A DNA stretch of 24,000 nucleotides from positions 2,126,537-2,150,536 of the forward strand of contig NZ_AP027130.1 of NCBI RefSeq assembly GCF_027925145.1, read 5' to 3'. Source of the DNA: Thermodesulfomicrobium sp. WS. GTDB lineage: Bacteria > Desulfobacterota > Desulfovibrionia > Desulfovibrionales > Desulfomicrobiaceae. Position numbers and translations under genes: made by a program. The notes under the pieces are model-generated. The model was not told where the DNA came from. It ran no database searches and saw nothing but the letters and a program-made list of their open reading frames with translations. Position 1 is the first letter of the stretch. The number at the start of each line of letters is the position of its first letter. Positions 7,193 to 17,549 of this stretch are shown here, one piece after another.

Positions 7193-8635
7193 TTACTGCC
7201 GCGCAGAAAGTCCCAAAATCTCCACAACCCGCCGGGCAGCGGTGCGGGTGTATTCGTCCTCGGCCAGTCGGCCCTTGGCCGCGTCGTCCAAGACCGGCTT
7301 GGGGAGATTGGCCAGCGCCGGGTTGGGGGTGATGTTGTACTCTGCAGGCAAGGTCCCGGAAAAATACATATCCTGGAATCCCGCAAACTTGAGGGCATGG
7401 GCCGTGGCATCGAGGATCGCCAGTTCCTGCGGATCCATAAGCCCGAGCTCCCGCGCCCGCAAAAGTCCTGCCAGGCACTCTCCCCCTTGAGTGCAGGCGA
7501 TGTGGCCGTGACGATTGGCCAGAAGCATGCCTTCGATGATGGCCTGCTCGGACACCTGCACCACCTGGAAGGCCCCGGCGCCGCCTTCTTTTTCGTAACG
7601 CTCCGCCAGGGCGCGCACGCGGGGGAAGGACACGGGATTGCCGATCATGGCCGCCTGGGCCACGGAAGGACGCACCCGCACCGGGGTGAAGCTTCGATGC
7701 TCCGGCGAAGCGGCGTAGTACTGGAATACCGGGTCCGCATGCTCGGACTGCACGCCAAAGAGCCGCGGAAGCTGCTCGATGATACCCAAGGCATACAACT
7801 TCAAAAAGCCGCTCATGACCGCGGTGATGTTGCCGGCGTTGCCAATGGGAACGAACACCGCCTTGCCGGCCAGATCCCAGTCGTACCACTGGGCGATCTC
7901 GAAGGCATAGCTTTCCTGACCGAGGATGCGCCAGGCGTTTTTGGAGTTGAGCAGGGCCACCCGGTAGTTTTCGGCCAAGTACTCCACCACCTTCATGCAG
8001 TCGTCAAAGACACCGGGCAGTTCCAGCACGTGGGCGCCGCTTCCCAAGGGCTGGGAGAGCTGCTGCGCCGTCACCTTGCCTTTGGGCAGCAGCACCACGC
8101 TCTTGATGGGATCGCCCACGTAGGCGGCGTACAAGGCAGCCGCGGCCGAAGTGTCGCCCGTGGAGGCGCACACGGTGATGACCTCCTTCCAGCCGTGCAC
8201 TGCCACCAAGCGCTTGAGGTAGGAAAAGGCGCAGGCCATGCCGCGATCTTTGAAGGAGGCCGAGGGGTTCTGGCCGTCGTTCTTGAAGGCGAAACGCTGC
8301 CCCACCTGGCGCGAAAGGGCCGGCGAGGCCTCCACGATGGGGGTATTGCCTTCGCCCAGGTAGACGATGTGCTCTTCGTCCACCACCGGGGCCATGAGTT
8401 CGTAGAAGCGGAAGATCCCCCGCAAGGCGGTGCGCTTGCTGGCCGCGCGTTCGTCAAAGGTTTTGCGCCACCAGTCAGGCGCATGCTGCCGCAGGACATC
8501 GAAGGTGGTGTCCTCCAACAAGAACACCCCGCCACACGAAGGGCAGGTGTAGTGAAGTTCATCGATGGAATAGCGCTCCTGACATCCCAGGCAACGGTAC
8601 TCCATCCGGCCGCGGTACGAGGGGAACTGGCTCAT
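7193..8635 (-). CDS. thrC: Threonine synthase (long form with N-terminal zinc ribbon)
   Basis: N-terminal CLGC...CPSCGG. PLP-lysine motif SFKDRG. 480 aa. ATG 8635 is preceded by GAAGGAAGGA. Confidence 0.9.
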   Translation of the reverse strand: MSQFPSYRGRMEYRCLGCQERYSIDELHYTCPSCGGVFLLEDTTFDVLRQHAPDWWRKTFDERAASKRTALRGIFRFYELMAPVVDEEHIVYLGEGNTPIVEASPALSRQVGQRFAFKNDGQNPSASFKDRGMACAFSYLKRLVAVHGWKEVITVCASTGDTSAAAALYAAYVGDPIKSVVLLPKGKVTAQQLSQPLGSGAHVLELPGVFDDCMKVVEYLAENYRVALLNSKNAWRILGQESYAFEIAQWYDWDLAGKAVFVPIGNAGNITAVMSGFLKLYALGIIEQLPRLFGVQSEHADPVFQYYAASPEHRSFTPVRVRPSVAQAAMIGNPVSFPRVRALAERYEKEGGAGAFQVVQVSEQAIIEGMLLANRHGHIACTQGGECLAGLLRARELGLMDPQELAILDATAHALKFAGFQDMYFSGTLPAEYNITPNPALANLPKPVLDDAAKGRLAEDEYTRTAARRVVEILGLSARQ

Positions 8636-8666
8636 GGCATCCTTCCTTCACGTGCGTTGCAACGGG

Positions 8667-9515
8667 TCACCACAACAAATCCACCACCGCACCAGCCGCC
8701 AGCGCGATGGCCACACATCCATTCATGGTAAAAAAGGCCAAATTCACTCGGGAGAGGTCCTGCGGCGTCACCACCCGGTGTTCCGCCCAGAGCACCCCGC
8801 CCACGACCGCCACACAGGCGGCGTAGATCCATCCTGCCCCTGCCGCCCAGCCGGCCAGCGCAAAGAGCACCGCAGCCACGGCGTGCAGGAGACGCGCCAC
8901 CAGCAGCGCCGCCGGGATGCCGAAGTCTGCGGGGATGGAGTGCAGCCCCATCTGGCGGTCGAAATCCTCATCCTGACAGGCGTAGAGGATGTCGAACCCC
9001 GCCACCCACAAGGCAACCGCCACCCCGAGGATCACCGGCGCCGGATGCCACTCAGGCGCCACGGCGATCCACCCCGCGATGGGGGCAAGCCCCAAGACCG
9101 AACCCAACACCACGTGGCATGCCGAGGTAAACCGCTTGGTGAAGCTGTAGAAGGCCGACCACGCCAGGGCACACGGCGCCAACGCCAGACAAAGGCGATT
9201 GAGCCCGGCGCATGCCCCCACAAAAAGTACGGCGCACCCGGCCACAAACCCTGCCGCCTGCGGCAGGCTCAAGGCGCCTGTCACCAATTCCCGATTCTGG
9301 GTGCGGGGGTTTTGGGCGTCGATATGCCGGTCCACGATGCGATTTATGCCCATGGCAAAGGCACGCACCATCACCATGGCCAAGGTCAAAAGCCCAAAGA
9401 CCCGCCACCCGGGCCACGGCTGGGCGTGCCAGAGCATGCCCATGTAGGCGAAGGGCAGCGCAAAGACCGAGTGTTCGATCTTCACGAAGCGCGCCAGGCG
9501 CACCAGGAGGTTCAT
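8667..9515 (-). CDS. UbiA-family aromatic prenyltransferase (4-hydroxybenzoate polyprenyltransferase-like, possibly MqnP-type)
   Basis: Polytopic membrane protein with Asp-rich motifs NRIVDRHID and QDEDFD. The track start 9521 is GTG. ATG 9515 forms an ATGA overlap with the tyrS stop (9512-9514) and is preferred. Confidence 0.85.
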   Translation of the reverse strand: MNLLVRLARFVKIEHSVFALPFAYMGMLWHAQPWPGWRVFGLLTLAMVMVRAFAMGINRIVDRHIDAQNPRTQNRELVTGALSLPQAAGFVAGCAVLFVGACAGLNRLCLALAPCALAWSAFYSFTKRFTSACHVVLGSVLGLAPIAGWIAVAPEWHPAPVILGVAVALWVAGFDILYACQDEDFDRQMGLHSIPADFGIPAALLVARLLHAVAAVLFALAGWAAGAGWIYAACVAVVGGVLWAEHRVVTPQDLSRVNLAFFTMNGCVAIALAAGAVVDLLW

Positions 9516-10708
9516 GCGCACACCACCCGCAGGAAGCGTTTTTTGCCCACCTTGAGCACAAACGTGCCCGCGGGGAAGACAAACCCGAAATCCTCCTCCT
9601 TGCGGCCGTCGATGGCCACGGCGTGCTGCTTACAGAGACGCTTGGCCTCGGCCTTGGAGGCGCACACCCCGCTGGCGGCGAGCACGTCCGCGAGCACGGC
9701 CCCGGGGGCGGCACGGAACTCCGGCGTGTCCTCCGGGATGGCGCCGGCGCCGAACACCGCGCCGAACTCCTCCCGCGCCGCCTGGGCCGCCGCCGCGCCA
9801 TGGAAGCGGCGCACCAACTCTTCGGCCAGATCCTCTTTGACGGTCTTGGGGTGCACGCGCCCCGCCTCCACATCCGCCCGCAGCGCGGCCACGGCATCGA
9901 GGCTCAAGTCCGAGAGGAGCTCATAGTAGCGCCACATGAGCGCATCGGAAATGGACATGAGTTTGCCGAACATCTGTGCCGGCGGTTCATCGATGCCCAC
10001 GTAGTTGCGCAGGGATTTGCTCATCTTCTGCACCCCATCGAGACCTTCCAGGATGGGCATGGTGAGGATGACCTGCGGCGTCTGGCCGTACTCGCGCTGC
10101 AAATGGCGCCCCATGAGGAGATTGAACTTCTGGTCTGTCCCCCCCAATTCCACGTCGGCCTGGAGGGCGACGGAGTCATAGCCTTGGGCCAGGGGATACA
10201 AAAATTCATGGATGCTGATGGGCTGCTCGGAGGTGAAGCGCTTGTGGAAGTCATCGCGCTCGAGCATGCGGGCAACGGTGTAGTGGGAGCACAGGCGGAC
10301 GAAGTCCGCCGCGCCGAGCCTGTCCATCCAGGTGGAGTTGAAGGCCACGTGCGTGCGCTCCGGATCGAGGATCTTGAACACCTGACGCTTGTAGGTCTCG
10401 GCATTGGCGAGCACTTCCTCCCGGGTGAGCGCACGGCGGGTCTCGGACTTGCCCGTGGGGTCACCGATCATCCCGGTGAAATCGCCGATGAGAAAGATCA
10501 CCTGATGGCCAAGATCCTGAAAATGCTTGAGCTTCTGGATGAGCACCGTATGGCCGAGATGGAGATCCGGCGCCGTGGGGTCGAACCCGGCCTTGACCCG
10601 CAAGGGTCTTCCCGAGCGCAGCTTGTCTTCCAATTCCTTCTCGTCGATGATCTCCACCGCCCCGCGCCGGATCTGTGCCATCTGGCGCGCTACTTCTGCT
10701 TCCGTCAT
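9512..10708 (-). CDS. tyrS: Tyrosine--tRNA ligase
   Basis: HIGH-type motif PDLHLGH, KMSKS motif, and a C-terminal S4-like tail. The ORF 9512..10762 is trimmed to ATG 10708 ([10 protein letters not shown]), which is preceded by GGAGGGG and forms an ATGA overlap with the ymdB stop. Confidence 0.9.
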   Translation of the reverse strand: MTEAEVARQMAQIRRGAVEIIDEKELEDKLRSGRPLRVKAGFDPTAPDLHLGHTVLIQKLKHFQDLGHQVIFLIGDFTGMIGDPTGKSETRRALTREEVLANAETYKRQVFKILDPERTHVAFNSTWMDRLGAADFVRLCSHYTVARMLERDDFHKRFTSEQPISIHEFLYPLAQGYDSVALQADVELGGTDQKFNLLMGRHLQREYGQTPQVILTMPILEGLDGVQKMSKSLRNYVGIDEPPAQMFGKLMSISDALMWRYYELLSDLSLDAVAALRADVEAGRVHPKTVKEDLAEELVRRFHGAAAAQAAREEFGAVFGAGAIPEDTPEFRAAPGAVLADVLAASGVCASKAEAKRLCKQHAVAIDGRKEEDFGFVFPAGTFVLKVGKKRFLRVVCA

Positions 10709-11478
10709 AGCCCCTCCGTATATTCCCAGGGACGCATGCCCACGCACCGCCCCTCGGCCCAATCAATGATCACCCCATGGGCCACACCCGGTCCATCGGC
10801 CACGGGAAAACGCACCGGCCGGCCCGTACGGAAACGCGCAAGCACAGCCGTGGGATCCATGCCCAGGCAGCTCTCCCGCGGTCCGCACATGCCCACATCC
10901 GTGATGTACCCGGTCACGCCGTCGAGGATGGTGGCGTCGCGCGTGGGCACATGGGTATGGGTGCCCAGCACGGCGTGCACCCGCCCTCGCAGAAAATGGG
11001 CCATGGCCCATTTCTCGCTCGTGGCCTCGGCGTGAAAGTCCACGAGGATGCACGCCCCGGAAGGCGCGGCGGCCACCAGGGCGTCGGCAGCGGCAAAGGG
11101 ACAGTCCACCGCCTCCATGAAGGTGCGGCCCAAGAGGTTGATCACCACCACCGGCCCCGCTGGCGTGGAATGGAGATGCATGCCCGTTCCCGGTGCAGGC
11201 TCCGGATAGTTGGCCGGCCGCAACAGCCCCTCTCTGCGCGCCAACACGGGCTCGATGTCGCGATGCTTCCAGACGTGGTTGCCCGTGGTGCCCACGTGGA
11301 TCCCCATGGCGCGAAGCTCGCCCCAGGTCTTGGCCGCGATGCCGACCCCGCCCGAGGCATTCTCGACGTTGGCCACCACCATATCCACGCCCAACGTGGC
11401 CGTCGCCTTGGCCACCGCCTGACGCGCGATGCGCCGCCCCGGGCGGCCTACGATATCGCCCAAAAACAAGATGCGCAT
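10705..11478 (-). CDS. ymdB: YmdB-family metallophosphoesterase (2',3'-cyclic-nucleotide 2'-phosphodiesterase)
   Basis: [15 protein letters not shown]...[10 protein letters not shown]...TTGNHVWK matches the YmdB/TIGR00282 pattern. It sits directly downstream of rny, as in Bacillus. Its ATG 11478 overlaps the rny TAA by 1 nt (TAATG). Confidence 0.88.
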   Translation of the reverse strand: MRILFLGDIVGRPGRRIARQAVAKATATLGVDMVVANVENASGGVGIAAKTWGELRAMGIHVGTTGNHVWKHRDIEPVLARREGLLRPANYPEPAPGTGMHLHSTPAGPVVVINLLGRTFMEAVDCPFAAADALVAAAPSGACILVDFHAEATSEKWAMAHFLRGRVHAVLGTHTHVPTRDATILDGVTGYITDVGMCGPRESCLGMDPTAVLARFRTGRPVRFPVADGPGVAHGVIIDWAEGRCVGMRPWEYTEGL

Positions 11479-13031
11479 TATTTGGCCACGCCCACGGCGC
11501 GTTTCTCCCGGATGACCGTCACCCGGATCTGGCCCGGATACGTCATCTTTTCTTCGATTTGCTTGGCAATGTCTTTGCTCAGCAAAAACACGCCATCGTC
11601 GTTCACCTGGTCGCAGTCCACCATGACCCGCACTTCCCGGCCGGCCTGAATGGCGTAGGCGCGGGTGACGCCCGCAAAACTCATCGCAATGCCTTCGAGC
11701 TCCTCCAGGCGCTTGACGTAGCTCTCCAAAAGTTCCTTGCGGGCCCCGGGCCGGGCGCCGGAGAGGGCATCCGCCGCCTGCACCAATACCGCCAGGACGC
11801 TCTTGGGGGGAACGTCCTCATGATGGGCGGCGATGGCATGGATGACATCCCCGGGCTCGTTGTATTTTTTTGCCAGGTCTGCACCAATGACCGCGTGCGG
11901 GCCTTCCACCTCGTGGTCCACGGCCTTGCCGATGTCATGGAGCAAGCCGGCTCGCCGGGCCTTTTTCACGTCCATGCCCAGCTCCGCCGCCATGATGCCG
12001 CAGAGGAAGCCCACCTCGAGGGAATGCTGGAGCACGTTCTGGGTAAAGCTGGTGCGAAAGCGCAGTTGCCCCAAGAGCTTCACCAACTCTGGATGAATGC
12101 CGTGCACGCCAAGATCGAAGGTGGCCTGCTCGCCGATCTCGCGCACCTGCACTTCCATCTCCTTCTCCACCTTCTTCACGATCTCCTCGATGCGCGCCGG
12201 ATGGATGCGGCCGTCACTGATGAGGCGCTCCAAAGAGCGCTTGGCGATCTCCCGGCGCAAGGGGCTGAAGGCGGAGAGCACTACGGTCTCCGGGGTGTCG
12301 TCGATGATGAGGTCCACGCCCGTGGCGGCTTCCAAGGCGCGGATATTGCGGCCTTCACGGCCGATGATGCGGCCTTTCATGTCCTCGCTGGGAAGCTCCA
12401 CGGCGCTCACCGTGTGCTCGGCCACATAGTCGCTGGCATAGCGCTGCACTGCTGTAGCGATGATCATCTGCGCCTTGCGGTGCGCCGTCTCCTGCGCCTC
12501 CATCTCGATCTGGCGGATCATGCGCGCCGCTTCGTGCCGGGCCTTGCTCTCCACTTCCTGCATGAAGCGATTTTTGGCCTCCTCGGCCGTCAGGCCGCTG
12601 ATTTCCTCCAATTTCCGCTGCTGCTCGGCCACCAATTCGCAGAGGCGCTGTTCCTTGGCCTCCAGCTCCTTCTCCTGCTTGACGAGCTTTTTCTCCAGCA
12701 TACCCAGCTCGCTTTCCCGCTGGGCCAATTGCTCGACCTTCTGCTCCAGGCGCTCTTCTTTGGCCTGCAGGCGGGATTCGTTCTTCTTGAGCTCCCGCTC
12801 GCGGTCCTTGACATCCTGCTCCGCCTCTTTCTTGCGCGCCAAGGCTTCTGCTTCCGCCTGGACAAGAATCTCCTTTTTCTGGGCAAGCGCCTCTTTTTTT
12901 GCCTCATCCAAAATACGCGCGGCCATCTGCTGCGCGCCGTCCATCTCCTGCTCCAGAAGATACTTCTTCAAGAAAAAGCCACCAGCCGCACCGATGGCGA
13001 TCCACACCAGGGCGGTCATTATTTCACCCAT
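11478..13031 (-). CDS. rny: Ribonuclease Y
   Basis: N-terminal TM helix ([21 protein letters not shown]), E/K-rich coiled coil, KH domain ([13 protein letters not shown]) and HD domain (HSLEV...LLHDIGKA). The ORF 11478..13187 is trimmed to ATG 13031, 6 nt after GGAG. Confidence 0.92.
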   Translation of the reverse strand: MGEIMTALVWIAIGAAGGFFLKKYLLEQEMDGAQQMAARILDEAKKEALAQKKEILVQAEAEALARKKEAEQDVKDRERELKKNESRLQAKEERLEQKVEQLAQRESELGMLEKKLVKQEKELEAKEQRLCELVAEQQRKLEEISGLTAEEAKNRFMQEVESKARHEAARMIRQIEMEAQETAHRKAQMIIATAVQRYASDYVAEHTVSAVELPSEDMKGRIIGREGRNIRALEAATGVDLIIDDTPETVVLSAFSPLRREIAKRSLERLISDGRIHPARIEEIVKKVEKEMEVQVREIGEQATFDLGVHGIHPELVKLLGQLRFRTSFTQNVLQHSLEVGFLCGIMAAELGMDVKKARRAGLLHDIGKAVDHEVEGPHAVIGADLAKKYNEPGDVIHAIAAHHEDVPPKSVLAVLVQAADALSGARPGARKELLESYVKRLEELEGIAMSFAGVTRAYAIQAGREVRVMVDCDQVNDDGVFLLSKDIAKQIEEKMTYPGQIRVTVIREKRAVGVAK

Positions 13032-13139
13032 ACGCACTCCTTTTTCGAAAATACATGCTTTCCGACGCCACAAACATCGTTTGCAGCGCATGCGTTGGGA
13101 TACACTACGGAGGGGAAGACAACAGGCAGGCCGTTGGAA

Positions 13140-13313
13140 GGACCCCGGAGAGCCGTGTCGAGAACTCTTTTGAACCTCTTTCGTCAAGAGGGGGTTGGCG
13201 GTGACCTTTTAGGCTTCATCCTCGAGGGATGCATGCACACCAGGCCACGGAGCTACCCTAGTTCTGCGTTATTGGCTCAAAAACGCGTTATCGATCACGC
13301 ACTCCCCAGGGTT
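13140..13313 (-). ncRNA. ssrS: 6S RNA (SsrS) homolog
   Basis: It lies downstream of zapA, as in E. coli. The minus strand contains UUGAGCCAAUAACGCAGAAC, GCUCCGUGGCCUGGUGUGCAUGCAUCCCUCGAGGAUGAAGCCUAAAAG and GAGGUUCAAAAG. As I recall it, these are collinear with E. coli 6S UGAGCCGAUAUUUCAUACC, GCUCCGCGGUUGGUGAGCAUGCUCGGUCCGUCCGAGAAGCCUUAAAAC and GGGUUCAAGGG. An interrupted closing helix of about 33 bp pairs 13312-13274 with 13142-13176 around a central bubble of roughly 15 x 15 nt. The ends are approximate. Confidence 0.8.
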
Positions 13314-13579
13314 TGATGCATTGCGGTATCTATTGACTGGATGAGTTGAAGTACTCGGCGATCAATGCGCTCCATCTCATCCGCGTTCTGCAAACATTCA
13401 TCGGCTAAACTCAACGCCACATAGATGAGTAGCCGTTCCTTTCCAATGCTCCTGCCTTGGGGCTCCAACTGTGCATAGCGACGTTCCACCAGCTCGATTA
13501 CTCGCTGCAAGCGGTCTTCGGTCACCTCCGCCTGAAACGAAAGCTCCCGACCCAATACCGTCACCGTGTACCCAGGCAT
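13295..13579 (-). CDS. zapA: Cell division protein ZapA
   Basis: 94 aa. MPGYTVTVLGRELSFQAEVTEDRLQRVIELVERRYAQL...LLIYVALSLADE fits the ZapA family pattern. It sits directly after zapB and directly before the 6S RNA. Confidence 0.85.
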   Translation of the reverse strand: MPGYTVTVLGRELSFQAEVTEDRLQRVIELVERRYAQLEPQGRSIGKERLLIYVALSLADECLQNADEMERIDRRVLQLIQSIDTAMHQTLGSA

Positions 13580-13582
13580 CGC

Positions 13583-13765
13583 TTACTGGCTAACAACATC
13601 GCGCAATTTGTTCAAGATGTTTTCGACCTGTTTACGTGCAGCCTCGCGAAGCTCCTCTGCGGCAGCCAACTCCCCGCGCAGCTGGGCATTTTCCGCCTCC
13701 AATTGCTGCAAGCGCGCCACGAGGCCATCCACCCTTGCCGCCAGAAGCTCAAGATTCTCCAGCAT
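13583..13765 (-). CDS. zapB: ZapB-like coiled-coil cell division protein
   Basis: 60-aa all-coiled-coil protein (MLENLELLAARVDGLVARLQQLEAENAQLRGELAAA...). ATG 13765 is preceded by GGAGAAGGA. It lies 3 nt upstream of zapA. Confidence 0.7.
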   Translation of the reverse strand: MLENLELLAARVDGLVARLQQLEAENAQLRGELAAAEELREAARKQVENILNKLRDVVSQ

Positions 13766-15140
13766 GGTCCTTCTCCTTGCGCCGCCAGGGCAGGTGCACC
13801 TGCCTGGCGCGCGCCACGCACAGCATGCCCTGGGGCACGTCCTTGGTCACCACCGAGCCCGCGCCCACCACCGCGCCTTCGCCTACCGTCACCGGCGCCA
13901 CCAGGGCCGTGTTGCTGCCGATGAAGGCGTGGGGCTCGATGTGGGTCGTATGCTTGCGCACCCCATCATAATTGCAGGTGATGGTCCCTGCCCCGATATT
14001 GGTCTGCGCCCCAATGACGGCATCGCCGAGATAACTCAAATGCCCGGCCTTGACCCCAGGGCCCAGGTGCGCCTTCTTGGTTTCCACGAAATTGCCCACC
14101 CGGGCGCCGGCCTCCAGCACCGTGCCAGGACGCAGGCGGGCAAAGGGCCCGACCACGCAGCCCGGTCCCAGCACCGCGCCTTCCAGGTGGGAAAAAGCGC
14201 GCACCGTAGCGCCCTCCAGGCGGCAGTCGCGCATCCACACATGGGACTCCACCCGAGAGCCTGCCATAATCTGGCTTTTACCGTAAATCTCCACCGGTCC
14301 CGTAAGCTCCACTCCCGGACTCAGCTCCACATCCGGGCCGATGCGCACACTCTGAGGCATACGCACAATCACGGCACGGCGGCGCCACATATCGACCACG
14401 CGCCGCCGCACCACCTCTTCGAGGGCCACCAATTGGGCCGGGGAATTGACGCCCCAAAAGTCCTCAGCCGTCTCCGCCGGCACTGCCGCCACCCGCAACC
14501 CCGACTCCCGGGCCAAGGGGATGACCTGCGGCAGATAGTACTCGGCCTGGGCATTGGCGGTATCAAGCCGCTCCAAAAGCGGCCCCACATCCTGCACCCG
14601 CAGGGCGTAGACCCCGGCGTTGACTTCCCGGATGCCCGCGTCCACGCCCAAGCGCGCCAAGTCCTTGTCTTCCACCACAGCCTGGACCGCACCGGAAGGG
14701 TCCCGCACCACCCGGCCATACCCCGTGGGGTCGTCCAGCATCACACTCACAAATCCCACCGCAGCCCCTGCGCTGCGGCACGACGCCACCAGAGCGTCCA
14801 AACAGTCCGCCTGGACCAAGGGGGTGTCTCCACTCAGCACACACACGTATTCCACGCCGCTTGCCACCACGCGCGGCCAGGCCTCGCGCACGGCGTGTCC
14901 GGTGCCCAATTGCTCCGCTTGGAGCACCATGGACGATACCTGTTCGGGAAATGCAGCCTCAACGAGGTGATGCCCGTGCCCCACAACGATCCATCGATGC
15001 GTAACAGAGGACGTCGCATCCAAGAGATAGCCCAAAAGGGGCTTTTCCAAAAGCGTGTGGAGCACTTTGGGAAGATCGCTGTGCATGCGGGTGCCCTTGC
15101 CGGCGGCAAGGATCACGACGCCATAATCCTTATTTTTCAC
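13749..15140 (-). CDS. glmU: Bifunctional GlcNAc-1-P uridyltransferase / GlcN-1-P acetyltransferase GlmU
   Basis: N-terminal VVILAAGKGTRMHSDLPKVLH and a C-terminal left-handed beta-helix with hexapeptide repeats. The track start 15155 is GTG. GTG 15140 lies 8 nt after GGAGG and gives an E. coli-like N-terminus (MKNKDYGVVILAAG). The start is therefore ambiguous between 15140 and 15155. Confidence 0.9.
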   Translation of the reverse strand: MKNKDYGVVILAAGKGTRMHSDLPKVLHTLLEKPLLGYLLDATSSVTHRWIVVGHGHHLVEAAFPEQVSSMVLQAEQLGTGHAVREAWPRVVASGVEYVCVLSGDTPLVQADCLDALVASCRSAGAAVGFVSVMLDDPTGYGRVVRDPSGAVQAVVEDKDLARLGVDAGIREVNAGVYALRVQDVGPLLERLDTANAQAEYYLPQVIPLARESGLRVAAVPAETAEDFWGVNSPAQLVALEEVVRRRVVDMWRRRAVIVRMPQSVRIGPDVELSPGVELTGPVEIYGKSQIMAGSRVESHVWMRDCRLEGATVRAFSHLEGAVLGPGCVVGPFARLRPGTVLEAGARVGNFVETKKAHLGPGVKAGHLSYLGDAVIGAQTNIGAGTITCNYDGVRKHTTHIEPHAFIGSNTALVAPVTVGEGAVVGAGSVVTKDVPQGMLCVARARQVHLPWRRKEKDHAGES

Positions 15141-15173
15141 GCTCCACCCCTCCACGCCGATACCGCCGAAACA

Positions 15174-15425
15174 TTACCGCCGCTCCGGGAGGGTGACGTT
15201 GAATTCCAGGATCTCGCAATTGCCCTCTTTGGAGACATCCACACGAATATGATCGAGCTCCACGGGCACGTATTTTTGCACCACGCACAAGAGCTCCCGC
15301 CGCAACTGCGGCAGAAAATCATACCCCGAGTTCTCCGCCCGCTCATGGGCGACGATGATCTGGAGCCGGTTCTTGGCGACCTGGGCGCTGGTCTTTTTGG
15401 ACCGAAAATAGCTGAAAATCCCCAT
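15174..15425 (-). CDS. minE: Cell division topological specificity factor MinE
   Basis: MGIFSYFRSKKTSAQVAKNRLQIIVAHER is the canonical MinE N-terminus. ATG 15425 lies 1 nt after the minD stop. Confidence 0.9.
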   Translation of the reverse strand: MGIFSYFRSKKTSAQVAKNRLQIIVAHERAENSGYDFLPQLRRELLCVVQKYVPVELDHIRVDVSKEGNCEILEFNVTLPERR

Positions 15426-15426
15426 A

Positions 15427-16233
15427 TCAGCCTCCAAACAGGCGCGAGAAGAGGCTTTTCTTCACCGGCTTGAGGAAGCGATGCTCCCGCTCCTCGCCCA
15501 AGAGCCGCGCCACCGCGTCTGCGTAGGCCTGACCAGCGTCGCTGCCTGCATCCAGGATCACCGGCTCTCCGGAGTTGGAGGCCTGGAGCACGGACTTGGA
15601 TTCCGGGATCACCCCCAAAAGGGGAATGGCCAAAATCTCTTGCACGTCCTCCACGCTGAGCATCTCGCCCCGCTCCACGCGGATGGGGTCATATCGGGTC
15701 AAGAGCAGGTGCTCGCGCACGCTGCCTCCTTCCCGGGCCTTGCGCGTCTTGCTCTGCAACAGCCCCAGCACCCGATCCGAATCCCGCACCGAAGAGACTT
15801 CCGGGTTGGTCACCACAATGGCTTCATCGGCGAAATACATGGCCATCATGGCTCCATGCTCGATGCCTGCCGGAGAGTCACAGATAATGTAATCCACCCG
15901 ATCCGAAAGCTCGGTAAGTACCCGCTCCACCCCTTCCGGGGTGAGGGCGTCCTTGTCCTTGGTCTGGGAAGCCGCCAAGATATACAACTTGTCAACGCGT
16001 TTATCTCGAATCAGGGCCTGATTGAGGGTGGCATCTCCCTGAATGACGTTCACGAAGTCGTAAACCACCCGGCGCTCACAGCCCATGATCAAATCCAGGT
16101 TGCGCAACCCCACGTCGAAATCGAGCACTGCCACGGAAAACCCCCGCAGGGCCAAGCCCGTGGCCAGAGACGCGCTCGTGGTGGTCTTGCCCACCCCGCC
16201 TTTGCCTGAAGTGACGACAATAATATGTGCCAC
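15427..16233 (-). CDS. minD: Septum site-determining ATPase MinD
   Basis: MAHIIVVTSGKGGVGKTT carries the deviant Walker A motif. 268 aa. GTG start at 16233 preceded by AAGGAGGAAGGA. Confidence 0.93.
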   Translation of the reverse strand: MAHIIVVTSGKGGVGKTTTSASLATGLALRGFSVAVLDFDVGLRNLDLIMGCERRVVYDFVNVIQGDATLNQALIRDKRVDKLYILAASQTKDKDALTPEGVERVLTELSDRVDYIICDSPAGIEHGAMMAMYFADEAIVVTNPEVSSVRDSDRVLGLLQSKTRKAREGGSVREHLLLTRYDPIRVERGEMLSVEDVQEILAIPLLGVIPESKSVLQASNSGEPVILDAGSDAGQAYADAVARLLGEEREHRFLKPVKKSLFSRLFGG

Positions 16234-16269
16234 GTCCTTCCTCCTTGCGCTCCCGCCCGCCGTGGGAGA

Positions 16270-16932
16270 TTACAGCACCTGAAAATCCAATTGCTGGCCA
16301 CTCAAGCGGATCTGCACACTCCGGCCGATGACCGCCTCGGGCAGGTCTTCGCTCACCCGGTAGAGTCCCGCCACGGCCACCAGCTCGGCCTCCAGTTCCC
16401 GACAAAAAATCCGCGCCGACGTATCGCCCAGCGCCCCGGCCATGGCCCGGCCCCGCAACGGACCATACACATGCACATGGCCATCAGCAATGACCTCGGC
16501 CCCGGGGGCCACGGAGCCGAGCACGATGAGATCCCGGCCCTTGGCGTAAATCTGCTGGCCCGAGCGCACCGGCCGGTCCACCACCATGGCCGAAACCTGC
16601 GGCGCGGCGTCGCTGGCCGCGGCCTTCTCCGGCCGATGGTCGGTCACCACCGCCAGGTCCAGCTGCTCGGCCAAGGCCACGTCCCCGCCCAAGACCCCCA
16701 CGGGCACCAAGCCCGCCTTGCGCAGCGCAGCCACCAACCCCGGCAAGTCCAACCGTTCCCGCTCTTCCCCAAGGGCCGCCACATCGAGCAGCACTGGAAG
16801 ACGCCGAAAAAATTCCGGACTGCGCGCCACCTGTGCCTGCACGTCTGCGGCAAGGCGGCGAAGATCTCCCACAAAAGGACGCAGCACCGTGCACGGCACC
16901 ATACGCCCCTTGAGCTCAAACGAGGCCATCAT
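16270..16932 (-). CDS. minC: Septum site-determining protein MinC
   Basis: The C-terminal beta-helix [45 protein letters not shown] is typical of MinC. It lies upstream of minDE. ATG 16932 forms an ATGA overlap with the yigZ stop. Confidence 0.88.
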   Translation of the reverse strand: MMASFELKGRMVPCTVLRPFVGDLRRLAADVQAQVARSPEFFRRLPVLLDVAALGEERERLDLPGLVAALRKAGLVPVGVLGGDVALAEQLDLAVVTDHRPEKAAASDAAPQVSAMVVDRPVRSGQQIYAKGRDLIVLGSVAPGAEVIADGHVHVYGPLRGRAMAGALGDTSARIFCRELEAELVAVAGLYRVSEDLPEAVIGRSVQIRLSGQQLDFQVL

Positions 16933-17549
16933 TCCTCCTCATCTGCGATCCGCACTTCTCCCGCACCTGCGGAAACCTCCTGCACCCAGGCGGCAACGGT
17001 CGGCGCCATGCCCTCTGGGACTGCGATGGTCAAACGCGCCCGCAGGCCGCAATCCTCCGCCACCAATCGGGCACCCCACCCGGGCAAGGCGCGGTAGAAG
17101 GCGGAGATCTGCGGATAATCCACGGTGAGCACCAACCGCTGCCAGCGGACCTTTTCCACCGTGGGAAGACTCCCCATGGCCCGGGCGAGCACCCCGGAGT
17201 AGGCGCGCACCAAGCCGCCCGCGCCCAGCTTGATGCCCCCAAAATACCGAGTCACCACCGCCACCACTTCCCCCACCGCGGAGGCCACCAACACCCCGAG
17301 CATGGGCCGGCCCGCCGTGCCCGCCGGCTCGCCGTCGTCCGAGGCCCGTACCTGGGCGGTGTCTCCAGGCGGGCCCAACTGCCAGGCCCAGCAATTGTGG
17401 GTGGCATCGGCAAACTCCTCCCGCACCGCGGCGATCTGCGCCTGCGCCTGGGAGACGCTCTCCGCATGCGCCACGGTGACGATGAAGCGGCTGCGCCGGA
17501 TGACTTCTTCGGTCCGGTACACCCCGGCAGGGACCAAATATCCGCTCAC
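16929..17549 (-). CDS. yigZ: YigZ / IMPACT-family (UPF0029) protein
   Basis: [12 protein letters not shown]...[11 protein letters not shown]...[14 protein letters not shown]...[21 protein letters not shown] is the UPF0029 signature. The GTG start 17549 forms a GTGA overlap with the upstream stop. Confidence 0.85.
   Translation of the reverse strand: MSGYLVPAGVYRTEEVIRRSRFIVTVAHAESVSQAQAQIAAVREEFADATHNCWAWQLGPPGDTAQVRASDDGEPAGTAGRPMLGVLVASAVGEVVAVVTRYFGGIKLGAGGLVRAYSGVLARAMGSLPTVEKVRWQRLVLTVDYPQISAFYRALPGWGARLVAEDCGLRARLTIAVPEGMAPTVAAWVQEVSAGAGEVRIADEEE

Noticed and set aside
7071-7889. 272-aa minus-strand ORF spanning the thrC 3' region and the nrdG leader
   Set aside because: It is out of frame with thrC and crosses the terminator hairpin and the riboswitch-like element. 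Its translation is Arg/Gly-rich and featureless.
7397-11035. Plus-strand ORFs 7397..8731, 8634..9926 and 9212..11035 (430-607 aa)
   Set aside because: All are antisense to thrC, the ubiA-like gene, tyrS and ymdB. Their translations are Arg/Gly/His/Pro-rich with no domains, so they are shadow ORFs.
11193-15473. Plus-strand ORFs 11193..13316 (707 aa) and 13566..15473 (635 aa)
   Set aside because: They are antisense to rny, zapA, zapB, glmU and minE. The leucine/histidine-rich repetitive translation mirrors the E/K-rich coiled coil of RNase Y on the other strand.
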